From Cyanophora paradoxa CCMP329 (Eukaryota; Plantae; Glaucophyta), in NCBI GenBank assembly GCA_004431415.1, contig QPMI01000262.1, positions 1 to 64,000 on the forward strand: a DNA stretch of 64,000 bases. Direction: 5' to 3'. The notes beneath the pieces are model-generated. The model was given only the letters and a program-made list of their open reading frames with translations. It had not been told where the DNA came from and did not search any database. Every line of letters begins with the position of its first letter. Positions within the stretch are counted from its first letter, which is position 1. The position numbers were made by a program, and so were the translations under genes. Below, piece by piece: positions 37,102 to 48,698 of this stretch.

Positions 37102-37452
37102 GGATCAATCTGAATAATATAATTTCTCAAACATTGTTAGCGCTACGTAACCAATCCTATCCCGTAGGCTCAAAACTTCTTCATTTTTATGGAGGCGTTG
37201 TAGAGCGAAGTGAAATATCCATAGGTAAATCACTTTAATCACCTGTTCTACCGGGTTCAGTGGTAGAAACTTGCAGCCGACAAGTGAACCTTCTGGTATC
37301 GGTAGCTTTATCATTTTTCCAGCATCTTCTTTTGTACTGGATGCTCTGCAATCGGGACCAAAATTGATTGGGTTCTCACAAAGAATATATACACGACATA
37401 AAAACTACTTAAAGATTTCTTAACATATATTAAGAGAGTAGAAAGGACAAGA

Positions 37453-37806
37453 ATGACGATCACAGAAGCCCAAAAGAAAGCAACTTACCGCTACCGTAAA
37501 ACAGAAAAGGGTATGTTAGCGCTTGCTAGGATTAATGAGAAACGCAATGCAAAATGGAACGAACTCTACAACAATGATGAAGAATTCAGACAAGCTCACA
37601 TAATGACTTCATGCAAGGCTCAATATGTAAATAACACCATTCTCTATGTAAAGTATCTATTTGACGTTCCTCGTACCAACCGCGGACGTCCATCAAGTAT
37701 GTTAATGCTTGTTAATCGTTTTCTCAGCGCGATTGCTCTGAGAACCCGCGGAAACCGCGCTGGAAGCAAAACTATAAATCTTTCTGTTATTTTTAGAGTT
37801 CGATGA
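37453..37806 (+). CDS. Small basic viral hypothetical protein
   Basis: MTITEAQKKATYRYRKTEKG; ATG follows an AT-rich spacer. The 3' end is uncertain. Confidence 0.6.
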   Translation: MTITEAQKKATYRYRKTEKGMLALARINEKRNAKWNELYNNDEEFRQAHIMTSCKAQYVNNTILYVKYLFDVPRTNRGRPSSMLMLVNRFLSAIALRTRGNRAGSKTINLSVIFRVR

Positions 37807-37945
37807 TCGAGCCAACCCTTTGTTATTTTTATAAATGCCTCGACTGAATTTATTTTGTTGGAGACTTTTGGTTTTGCCGGTAAAATTTGACGCGAGTATA
37901 AAATGACTTAAGGAAATAAAATATAGAGTATATATAAAAGTGAAA

Positions 37946-40900
37946 ATGCCTCGCGCAGTAAGTATTCAGAATGCTAGAAAGAGACAAGGAATGCTAGCAA
38001 AGCTTGGTTACCTTCTTGGTGCCGGAATCATAAATGAAGAGCAATTTAACGCATTGGGTTACTTTGCCTTCATTAAGAGACTTCGATCTGCTGGTCTGAA
38101 GGACATAAGCGATACAATTGATGGTATTATTGCCAGGGGTGAGGGCAGACTGAATGAGCAGGATGAAATCGAGAGATTTGGTAACATTGAGGTTATTGAA
38201 GGTGGAAATAAGAAGACCAAAGCAGAGCGGATCGCTGAAAAACGAGACAAGAGAGCTGAAAGGAAGCAGCAGAAGAAGCAGAAGAAAGCAGGGAGAACCG
38301 CTAAGAATGTTGAGAAGCAGAAGGTTAGAGAAAGAATAGCAAAGGAGGCAAAACAGCAGAGAGAGGATGAGAAGAAGCAACGAGAGGAGGCAGAGGTGAT
38401 GCAGGCTATGAATAGTCTTGTAAGTGAGGTCACTTGGAGGAACCAGACCAAAGATAACATCGCTTCTGCCCATGAGTTTATTGATAGGGTTGTTCGTTGG
38501 GATCCCTTTTACAATCGTTTTCGAGATGCTCTTCGTAACAGACGAGGTATTAAGTATAACCTCTACAGCATGGCGAGATATGTGAAAGTGGCAACTGGAG
38601 AAATAAGAACCATGCAATGGACCACCCCATTCTACCTTCTTGTCAATGATCAAGAGATTGTTGATACTGTTGATGAATCAATTGATGCATTGCAGGAGGT
38701 TCTCACTTCACCTGATAGTTGGAAGCTAGAAAACATCTTAACAGTTCGCTTGCAGATTCTTACTTATCAGCCACTCGCAGGTAGCTCCTATATTGACCTC
38801 CCACCAGGAATAAAAAAGCGTAAAGCTGTGATTAATCCACAGAACAAAGATAATAAATGTTTCGCATGGGCGGTAACTATTGGACTACATCAACATGAGC
38901 TATCTCATAAACACCGATATGATGTAAAGCGATACAAGAAGTATGAGAATGAGTTCAATTGGAATAAGTTTGAGTTCCCATTCAAGAATGATCCTCGTCA
39001 GTACGAACGAGCATCAAAATGATTGGTCGACCAATCAATGTGTATATGGTCGATCGATCACATATCGTTCCAGTCCATATCTGTAAGGACCCATCCCAAC
39101 AACATCTTACAATTGACATTCTTCTGTGGACTGTCAACGAAAAAACCCACTATGGTTACATTTCTAGCATGTCAAGGTTAATATCGAATTCACACCATGG
39201 AACTCGCCATTTCTGTAAAGCTTGTTTGAGAGGGTTCACCAGTGAAACGGTATTGGAGAGACACATTAAACACAACAAGTGTTACGATCGACCAAATGCA
39301 ACAGTTGACACAATGCCACCAAGCGGATCTAAGACCAAGTGGGACCCAAAGAGACATGTTGACAAGACTGTATGGCATCCAATGTTTGTTGTTGCTGACT
39401 TCGAATGTATATTGCAAAAGGTGGATGAGACACGAGGTGAAAACACTGCAGTCTACCAGAAGCACATTCCAAGTGGATACAAAATCATGGTTATCCACAA
39501 CGAAGAGATTATAAAACAGGTATTGTATCGGAAGGAGAACCCAGAAAATGATGATGAGGTTACACAGCACTTTATGGAGACACTGAAAACGATTGAATCC
39601 GATTTACTTGAGAAGCTTAGACATGTTGCACCAATGGTTATGGAACAATGGCACAAAGAGGATTACAGAGATTCTGTTGCTTGCTACATCTGCGGAGATG
39701 AGTTTGGAGCTACTATAACTGATGACAATGGTAACACATATCAAGTTAAAAAGGTTAGAGACCACGATCACATTACAGGAGATTACCTTGGAGCAGCTTG
39801 CAATACTTGCAATCTGAAACGAAAGATCAATCCAAAGATCCCAGTTGTGTTCCACAATCTAAAAGGTTACGATGGACACTACATTCTGAAGGCTTTGAAT
39901 TTCAATGAACCTGGTAAGGAAATTCGTTGCATTGCCCAGAATTTTGAGAAGTTCATAGCATTCGATATGGGACCATACAAGTTCATGGACTCTTTGAATT
40001 TCATGGCTTCGAGCCTTGATGGTCTGGTAAAGAATCTCAGTAAGAATAATTTCAAATTCACCAATGAGTGGTGTGATTCTGTAAATTACTCACAGGAACA
40101 GCGAGAGCTACTGATGCAAAAGGGACACTTCCTTACGACTACCTGGATAGCTTCGAGAAACTCAGTGAGACCCAATTACCTCCCAAAGAAGCTTTCTACT
40201 CGAAACTCAATGATACTGAATTAAGTGACTCCGACTACAAGCATTGCCAGAGGGTATGGGACGCTTTCAACTGCAAAACTCTCGGAGATTATCACGATAT
40301 CTATCTTTCTACTGATGTTGCTCTGCTTGCTGACGTTTTCAATACATTCCGCAATGTTTGCTACAGTAATTATAAGATCGATCCTATCCATTTCATTTCA
40401 GCTCCTCACCTGTCATGGTTCGCGATGTTGAAATATACAGGTGTGGAGTTGGAGCAATTGAGTGACCCTGAAATGTATAGATTCTTTGAACTTGGAATTC
40501 GTGGAGGTGTTTGCATGGTTCCCAATCGTTATGCAGAGGCTAATAACCCCTACATGAAGTCTTATGATCCATCAAAGTCAACAAAGTATATCACCACTTG
40601 GGATGCCAACAATCTGTATGGGAAAGCGATGAGTTTCAAGCTACCCAGAGGTGGATTTGAGTGGATTGATGACATCGAGAATTTCGATTATATGGGCTTT
40701 GATGTGGAAGGTGATAGAGGTGCAACTTTGGAGGTTGACTTGGAATATCCAGAACACCTACATGATCTTCACAGTGATTTACCTCTTGCTCCCGAATCTC
40801 TAATAATCACCAAGTCAATGATTTCACCAACACAGCTTGAAATGATTGGTGATGAAAAACTACCCCAGACTCGTAAGTTGGTTCCCAATCTGATGAACAA

Positions 40901-41968
40901 GACCAATTACATCCTACACATCAAAAACTTGCAGTACTACATCTCAAAAGGATTGAAGGTAACAAAGGTTCATCGTGGATTATGTATGATCAATCTGAGT
41001 GGCTGAGACCATACATCGATTTCAATACCGGACTGCGGACGCAAGCTCGTAATGATTTCGAGAAAGATTTCTACAAACTCATGAATAACTCAGTTTTCGG
41101 AAAGACCATGGAGAACGTTCGCAAGCGAAGTAACATAAAGCTTTGCAACGATCCAGGGTGCAGCTCAAACACAACGGCAATCCATTGTTGAAGACAGTGA
41201 AGATTATCAATGAGAATCTTACTGCTTTAGAGTTCTATAAGGGTTCTATTATGTTGGATAAACCCATTTATGTTGGTCAGGCTATCTTGGATCTGTCCAA
41301 ACTAATCATGTATCGTTTCCATTACGATTACATCATGGTGAAGTATGGACCTGGATCAGCCAAGCTGCTCATGACTGATACAGATTCCCTGTATTATCTG
41401 ATTGAGACTGACGATATCTACAAAGACATGATTGAGGATTCTCATTGGTTTGATCAGTCTGATTACAGCAAATCCCACATCTGTTACAACCCTAAAAATA
41501 AAAAGGTTCCCGGTTTGTTCAAGGATGATTGTGGTGATTATCTCGTTACAAGGTTTGCTGGTTACAAACCAAAGCATACTCCTACGAGAAGGAGTTGAAT
41601 GTTAAGGCTCTGGGATCAGAAGAAAATGTAAAACAGGTGATTGCTGACAAGTTGAAGGATTTGTTAAGAGTGAAGTCGAATGCTACGGAAGCTGATGTTA
41701 TTGATAGTAAGGTTAAGAAGTTGAAGGGAGTTCAGCGGTCAGTAGTGCAGAATAGGTTAGAGTTCCTACAATTCTACAACACTGTCATGTATCCAATGAA
41801 GGAGCGGAGAAAGTAACAGTTCGAGGTTTCCGATCAAAGAACCACGAGGTAACAACGCAGGAAATGAAGAAAAGGGCATTCAATGCGCTCGATACTAAGA
41901 GGTATCTTTGTGAGGACCTCTATACTACTCTTGCGATTGGACACTATAAAACAAAAACAACACTATAA
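37946..41968 (+). CDS. polB: Protein-primed family B DNA polymerase (Maverick/Polinton type) with vOTU-like, C2H2 and EndoVII-like domains; six frameshifts
   Basis: [35 protein letters not shown], ExoI VADFEC, CYICG..RDHDH..CNTCN, Exo[20 protein letters not shown], Exo[57 protein letters not shown]. Confidence 0.96.
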
Positions 41969-41973
41969 TAAGG

Positions 41974-43032
41974 ATGGACCAGGTTCTGAGTTATACCAAG
42001 TATCGACAGAAATTGATTAAAGAAGGTATCACATTTGATGAGGAAGAACTAAGAAAGCGTTTTAAAAATCAAGAGCTTGAGCAGATCTTTAAGAAGCCCA
42101 AAAAGCAAAAGTCTTTCTTGCGGATCATTGCTCCACCCAATTCCTTTCAGGTTGATGTGATTTATTTCAAAAGCTACAAGACAGCAACACATGGAGTGGA
42201 TAGGATGCTGGGATTTGTCGATATATTGAGTCGGAAAGCATTTGTATACCCTTTCAAGCCAAAGGATTCGAAAATCGATATTTTCAACAGGTTCAAAGTT
42301 GAGGCAGGCAAGGTTAGTGCTATCTCAGGAGACAATGAGTTCTCTGCTGAGATTTATAGGAAATGGTGTGAGGAAAACAATGTTACACTCTACACTGATG
42401 TAGCTAAGAATGACCACATCACAGTAGGTGATAAACTTGGTATTATCGATAGGTTCACCAGAACTTTTAAACAATATTTGAGAAAAGCAATAGTTTCGAG
42501 TGGGAACCCAAAATGGACTGATTATTACAAACAGGTTCTGGCAACTTACAACAACAGTCCACACACTTCCCTAAAGAATGATTCACCCAATGCAGTGTAT
42601 GGGAATAACGAGAAAGAATCGTTCATATATTTGCGTGATGCATTGCATAACAAACGTATTAAAGAAGGTAGCCCAACAGTAAAGGAGGGAGATTATGTTC
42701 GAGCTGTAACTGAAAAGAAGACTTTCGATAAAGAAGGAGCAAGATACAGCAAACAAGTGTATAAAGTAGCAGGCAAGGTAGGTAATCGATTTAGTTTATT
42801 GGAAGAGAATGAGGGAGAGAGTCCAAAGGAAGTAAAACGAAACTTTAAACTGAACGAGTTGCAAAAAGTAGATAAGGCAGCAATTGTTAAGATTCCCACA
42901 CAGAAGCGTGTGGAGCGAGTGAAAAAAACAACGAAGGTAAATAGATTAGTAGCAAAAGAGGGTATCAAGCCCAATAGGAGCAAAGTAGTTAGGAAGAGGT
43001 ATAATTTACGAAGCGGGTTGACTAGACGTTAG
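41974..43032 (+). CDS. Retroviral-like (rve) integrase
   Basis: FQVDVIYF, VDILSRKAFVYP, ISGDNEF, GIIDRFTRTFK, YNNSPHTSL..SP and an SH3-like GDYVR..FDKE..YSKQVY. Consistent with the 6-bp TSD. Confidence 0.94.
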   Translation: MDQVLSYTKYRQKLIKEGITFDEEELRKRFKNQELEQIFKKPKKQKSFLRIIAPPNSFQVDVIYFKSYKTATHGVDRMLGFVDILSRKAFVYPFKPKDSKIDIFNRFKVEAGKVSAISGDNEFSAEIYRKWCEENNVTLYTDVAKNDHITVGDKLGIIDRFTRTFKQYLRKAIVSSGNPKWTDYYKQVLATYNNSPHTSLKNDSPNAVYGNNEKESFIYLRDALHNKRIKEGSPTVKEGDYVRAVTEKKTFDKEGARYSKQVYKVAGKVGNRFSLLEENEGESPKEVKRNFKLNELQKVDKAAIVKIPTQKRVERVKKTTKVNRLVAKEGIKPNRSKVVRKRYNLRSGLTRR

Positions 43033-43310
43033 GCTGTGAGGTATGAACCATCTTTCGATTCAACAATTTTCGTGATAGGTCTGAACACTTTGAAAATTTC
43101 TTTATAATGGATTCCTTTAACATACCAACCCTTATGAATTGGGTCCCATCTGAGACCATAAGATTTCGCTAATTGGATGTCTTTGAAAGCAACTTGACAA
43201 AACATTTTAACATTAATGTATTTGATTTCGTCTTCTGTTAGTTTTCGGAATTCTTTGAAGATCTCACTGTTTTCATCTTCAACAAACCATAGCTTCTTTT
43301 CAAAATCCAT
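43029..43310 (-). CDS. Small viral protein with DUF5710-like domain
   Basis: VAFKDIQLAKSYGLRWDPIHKGWYV fits the AK.GA.WD...K.WY pattern. The N-terminus (MDFEKKLWFV) looks like a partial second copy. Confidence 0.7.
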   Translation of the reverse strand: MDFEKKLWFVEDENSEIFKEFRKLTEDEIKYINVKMFCQVAFKDIQLAKSYGLRWDPIHKGWYVKGIHYKEIFKVFRPITKIVESKDGSYLTA

Positions 43311-43467
43311 TTTGCTCCTTTTGATTTCACGGATTCGCGATCATCATATCGAGAGAAAATGTAAAAGCGTTGTTGTGGCTTGGTTTCCATTTTTATTCAG
43401 ATTATCAGATTATTTTTATATGAAACAATCAATGAGGAATAACCGAGATTATGATATAACATCGATT

Positions 43468-43643
43468 GTTGTTACTGAGGCTTACTGAGATTTTACGTTT
43501 TGTTTTGTGTGGTTACTGTGAATGGTTTGTTTTTGATTTGGTTTTGTCGAAACGTTTGTGGAATATCGAAAAGTTTAAAGTTTATTCGATTTTATTACCA
43601 TATATAATTTCGTGGGGCAGTATGCCCAATTTACATTTTTTTT
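43468..43643 (-). repeat. Right terminal inverted repeat of the virus
   Basis: Matches the left TIR by eye, except terminal T8 versus A7. Confidence 0.97.
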
Positions 43644-43950
43644 CATGGCCCAGTGGCTACGGGAGAAAAAGTTGGCGGGGGCTCTGCATGCAATCTCTAA
43701 CTTCGGACTCCGGGAATGGCCTGGGCGGGGCCGGCGGTCCCAGCACTGCGCATGCGGGCCGGCCGGGCAGGGACCGGGCGACGGGCGGGGGCGCCGTGCG
43801 CCGTGGGCCGTGGCCCCTGGCCATGGGGCCCGGTGGAGGCGACGGAATGCAGATCATCGGATCGCTAGCTGATAAATGAGATCGATCATCATCATGCCAT
43901 GGCATGATGGGAGCCTCGATTGCAAGGCTTGTGATGACGATGCGAGATTG

Positions 43951-46597
43951 CTAGCGGCCAAGGAGGGAGACCTGGGGGCGGGGGCGGGCGTTGGGGGCAG
44001 GAGTCGAGGGGCGCGGGGCGCTGAGAGACGGGGCGGGGAGCTGCGAGGGGGCGCTGCGGACCTTGCCGAGGTCGGCGGCGATGCGCCAGCCGCACGCGAA
44101 GCCGGAGAAGGCGACGGCGTTGAGGCCCTGGCCGGGGAAGGTGCTGCGGTGGGCCCGCGTGAGGCGCGCCCGGCGCGGGGCGGGGCGGGGCGGGGCGGGG
44201 CGGGGCGGGGCGGGCCTGTCTCCGACGCAGTAGAGGTTGGGGATCGGGGTGCGGTTGAAGGGCATCCCCAGGAGGCCCGGCAGCACCTTCGACGGGATCG
44301 GCCCGTACGTCCCGTCCGCCCGCCCCAGGTACCGCCGGTGCGTGCGCGGGGAGCCGACCTGCCGGCGAGGCTCGGGGGCGGGGCGCGGGGCGCGGGGCGC
44401 GGGGCGCGGGGCGCGGGGCGGGCCTCCTTGAACTCGACGGCGGCGCCGAGGCCCGGGAGGACGCGCTCCAGGCGGGCGATCAGCCGCCCGCGAACTCCTC
44501 CTTCGCCCGCTCGTACTCCGCCGGGCCCAGGCCCTGCGCACCCGCCCGCCCCCGGTCACCCCGCCCGCGCCGCGCTGCGCCGGGGTGCGGGGCGGGGCGG
44601 GGCGGGACGGGGCGCGCTGGAAGTCGTCGATGGAGGCGGGGGCGAAGGCGTGGACGATGTGGCGGCCCGGGGGCGCGAGGGAGGGGTCGAGGAGGGTGGG
44701 GATGGAGACGAAGAGCGTGCCGGTGCCGTCCGTGGCCTCCAGGCGCGCCCAGTCCTCCAGGAGGATGTGGTGGCACTCCGTCCCCGCGGGCAGCGCCTCC
44801 GCCCGCACCCCCAGGTGCATCGACAGGAAGCTCGGGCTCTTCTCGTACCGGCCCCGCCACCTGCCCCCCGCGCCCCGCCCCCGAGCCTCGGCATCCGGCG
44901 CCGCACGGCGGGGCCGGGCCGGGCGGGGCGGGGCGGACCACTTCTCGGTGATGGGCGTGCGCTCCTCGGGCAGCAGCTTCCCGAACGTGTCCCACCTGCG
45001 CCGCCCCCGCCCCCGCCTTCACACGCCGCACAGAGGCGCGCCCCGGGCCGCCCCGGCGCACCGCGTGGCGTTCGAGACGATGCGCTTCCCGCGGAACGTC
45101 CGCCCGTCCGCCGTCTCGACGCCTGCGGCCGCCCCCGCCGCGTCGTCGCGCTGAGGCGGGGGCGGGGCGGGGGCGGGGGCGGGGGCGGACCGACGGCGGC
45201 GCCGGCCTCGGTGAGGATGCGGGTGGCGCGGGAGCGGTAGCGGAGGCGGCCGAGGCCGGTCGCCTCGATGCCGCGGGCGAGCTTGGCGGCGATCTGGCCG
45301 ACGCCGCCGCGCGGGTAGTTGATGCCGCCGAAGTGGCGGTCGGAGAAGACCATGCCGGCGTTGATCATGGGGGTGCGCTCGGCGGGGACGACGCTCCAGC
45401 AGTAGCACTCCATGTCGATGAAGCGGAGCAGCTCCTCGTCGCGGATGTGCTTGCGGGCGATGGCGCCGACGTTGAGGGGCAGGTACTTGACGAGGCCGAG
45501 GCAGGCGAGCGGGTGCTCGAAGAAGACCCGCGCCAGGTACCGCGGCTCCTCCAGCGACAGCAGGTCCATCGCGTTCAGGCAGTTGAACACCGCCCAGCAC
45601 TCGTCGTAGAACGCCCGGATCCCCGCCGCTGCCCGACGGTTCGGCGCCGAGGGCGGGGCGGGCGGGGCGGGGCGGGGCGCGCCTTCGTGGGGGAAGCGGG
45701 CGGAGAGCTCCGCGATGAACTTCTCGTAGTCCCGGTGCACCTGCCGCCCCTCACTCAGCGTTGGCGGCCGGCGCTGGGCGCTGGGCGGGGGGCCGGGCGC
45801 CTGGATGTCGAGGTCGTTGGGGAGGTGGTAGTCGATCTGCACGGGGTCCGGGATCGTCTCGATCTTCTCCCCCACCTGTGCACGCCCCGCTCGCTCACGG
45901 CCCGGGCGGCGCGCGGGGCGGGGCCGGGGGCGCACGAGGGCGAGGGCGCGGGTGAGGAGGTTCGTGGTGCCCTTGTCTCCGAACCCGAAGATCATCGAGG
46001 CGCCAACATCGAACGTGTAACCGTCCCGTTCGAAGTACGCCGAGCTCCCCCCGGGCACCACGTAGCTGGCCGATTGGGCGGTGTCGGCGCGCGGCGGGGA
46101 CAGCGGGGGCGGGGGGCATCACCTCTCGAGCACGAGCGTCTTCAGGCCCTTGGCGACGGTTTGGGCCGCTGTCGTGAGCCCGCCGATGCCGGAGCCGATC
46201 ACAATCACGTCCCAGCCGTCGGACTCCACATCCTCAGCAGCGCTCGCGGCGGGGGATTCCGTAGCGAGCGCAGCGGAGGTGAAAGCCGGGCCTGCGGAAG
46301 CGCACGCCGTGCAGGTCAGCCCCGCGCTGTCGGCCCTGAGCACGCGCACGGGCCGCCGAGGAGATTCTTGCACGCGCGCTCACCCTGGAAGGAGCGGGGA
46401 GCCCGCTTCCTGCTGGCAGCCAGCCTATTGGCATGAGCGAGTCCTTCGAACGACCGGAACTGCTGAGCGCGCCGCGCGCCGGGCTGGGCGATGCTCGCCC
46501 TGTGAACGCCGCTCGGGCCTTGAGCGCACCGCGCAGACGTTTCCTGCACCGCCGCGCGTGCGGGGGCCACGACGGGGGGCGCTACTGCGAAGGCCAT
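43951..46597 (-). CDS. CRTISO: Carotenoid (prolycopene) isomerase, plastid-targeted, multi-exon
   Basis: MAF transit peptide. VIVIGSGIGGL, FDVGASMIFGFGDKGTTNLLTRAL, FIDMECYCWS, TPMINAGMVFSDRHFGGINYPRGGVG, GLLGMPFN, STFPGQGLNAVAFSG. Confidence 0.96.
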
Positions 46598-46675
46598 TCG
46601 AACTTTTGTGTAACCCCCCGTGCAGAGTAAACTGAGAGTTGAAGAAGAGCTGTGCTCCCTTTAACGCATCTCAGG

Positions 46676-48344
46676 CGCTGCGGATTACAGTGTTCGACGT
46701 CTGGTTAAGGATATGAGCGCGGGCCCACCGGCATGGCTCGCCGAGGCCCGCAAAGCAGCCGCCAAAGCCGGGCACGCCACCTCGGCCGTAAGCCATTTGG
46801 ACCTGTCGGGGAAAGGCATCACATCCACAGCGGGCATCGAGGGTGATCCCAAGCAGCCGGCCAAGCGGCCGCACTAGCTAACTTGTTAGCTTTCGGCAGA
46901 GTTCCGGAGCGTCGTCGCGCTCTTCCTATTGGACAATCAGCTCGAGACGTGCGTTAGGCAGCCTGCGGCGCAGCTCTCTGCGTCGAGCGCAATCCTAACG
47001 TCCCGAAGGTTGCAAGGATTGCATGTCATGACGCGCCTCAAGCACCTTTACATACAAACGAATCTGATACGCTACCTGCGCGGGCTGGAGAACTGCAGGG
47101 CGCTTGAGAAACTGTATGCGGTGCGCGGTTCACGCGCCGTCCCCTCAAGCTCGCGGCACGGCCGACGCCGGAACCCAGAACAACAACTTCATCTCTAGGC
47201 TGGAGGGGCTGCAGAACTGCAGCAGCTTGGTGGTGCGGGGGCGCGGCGCGCGCGCTGTCCTCCGCCCCCGACGCGGCGGCGGCGCAGGAGCTGCACCTCC
47301 AGTCGCAACAGATCCCCCCCGGCGAGCCCTTCAGCTTCGACCCGCTCAGCATCCAGGCCCTCTCCGTGCGCTCCCTGGCGCCCGCGGCGGGGCGGGGGCG
47401 GGGGCGGGGGCCGAGGCAGGGCGCAGGGGAGCCTGACGGTGTTGAACCTCTCGGGGTGCGGCGTGGCGGAGTGCGCGCCGCTCGGCGCCCTGCGCGCCCT
47501 CGAGCGCCTCAACCTCTCCTCCAACGCTCTCGCCTCCTTCGCCGTGCGCCGCGCCCCGCCGCGCCCCGCCGCGCCGCCGGCCGCGCTTTGCCGAGCGCGC
47601 GGGGCGGCGCAGGACGTCGCGCAGATGCTCGAGGGGGCCCGCTCCCTGCAGGCGCCCCTCGCCCCGCCCGCCCCGCCAGGCCCCGCCCGCCCGCCGGGCC
47701 GCCGACCGAGCGCCGTGCAGGAGCTGGACGCGCGCTTCAACCCGGTGGCGGGGCACCGGCGGTGGCGGCGGGAGGCCCTCGGGCGCGGCGCGGCGCTGCG
47801 CGTGCTCGACGAGAAGGCCGTGACGCCGATGGAGCGGGTGCGTCCCCGCGCACGTGCGGGCTGGCCTTCTGGGTCGAACCGGTGCGCTGCTGCTCCAGGA
47901 CAACGTGGCCGTGACGACTGCCCTTCGGCCGGGCCCCATGGACGATCTCGACGCCCTCGACCTCCGCGGCTCCAAAGCCTCCTTCCGCGCCCCCGCCCCG
48001 CCCCCGCCGCCCCGCCCAGGGCCCCGCGCCTCCTTTGGGCCCCCGGAGCCGCGGGCGCCGCCGGCCGCTGCGCACGGGCACGGGCACCCGCCGCAGCACG
48101 GGCAGGCGGCGGGGCAGGGGCACGCGCCGGGGCACTCGCACGCGCGAGCCGAGGCGGGGCGGCGCTGGCGGTGGAGGCGCGGGCCGCCCCGCTGGACGCC
48201 CTCGGCGGCGTCTTCCCCGCCGACGCCCACTCCAAGGGCGACCGCGCAGCCGCCCTCGCCGCCCGCAGCGCCAGCGGCGGGCCCCGCCCCGCCCCCGCCC
48301 CCTCCAGCCCCCCGCCCCGCCCCTCCCGCTCCCATCCTGCCTGA
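46676..48344 (+). CDS. Leucine-rich-repeat protein, PPP1R42/LRRC67-like (both ends approximate)
   Basis: SDS22-like LRRs (HLDLSGKGI, LFLLDNQL, HLYIQTNLI, NNFISRLEGL) plus ELHLQSQQIPPGEPFSFDPLSIQALS and an LRR cap LRVLDEKAVTPMER. No clear ATG found. Confidence 0.75.
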
Positions 48345-48698
48345 TCGATCGATACCGCCAGCTCAATCGCACAGCCGCGCAGTCCAGTTTCATGATCGAG
48401 AGGCGCGCAGAGCAAGGAGCCAGGAACAACAGCTGTGTGCGGGGTGTTTTCATTGTGGTGCCGGTACTAAGATACACGTCGACGCTCGCGAGGGCTGCCC
48501 ATGCGGCGCCCACGAACTGCCAAACTGATCTGTTGCTTGAAAGAGGTCGCGAAAGATCGAAAGGAGGCCGCCGGCTGGCCGAGGACCCGACACGGCCGAG
48601 CTGCTGTGGCAGGGAGAGCGCGGGGCGCGGGGGCCGCGGGCAGCCGGCACAGGGGGGCGGGGCGGGGCGGGGCGAAGGGACGGGGAGGGGGGGCGGGG

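Larger units (their letters stand above)
32275..43643. mobile_element. Endogenous Polinton/Maverick-like DNA virus (11.4 kb)
   Basis: 175-bp TIRs, 6-bp TSD CATGGC (32269-32274, 43644-43649), abrupt switch to AT-rich intronless DNA, and ATPase, MCP, penton, pPolB and rve integrase genes. Confidence 0.97.

Noticed and set aside
37946-41968. Programmed frameshifting or multiple separate polymerase genes
   Set aside because: Six breaks fall within one colinear polymerase, some inside conserved motifs, with no consistent slippery sites. Single-base deletions explain them more simply.
32275-43643. Contaminant or mis-joined foreign DNA
   Set aside because: Matched TIRs and an exact 6-bp TSD in host flanks indicate integrase-mediated insertion.
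46600-46620. Shared GTTACAC motif upstream of CRTISO and cpcG (~55490) as a photosynthesis-gene promoter element
   Set aside because: Too short, with only two instances at different distances from the ATG. Cannot be separated from chance.
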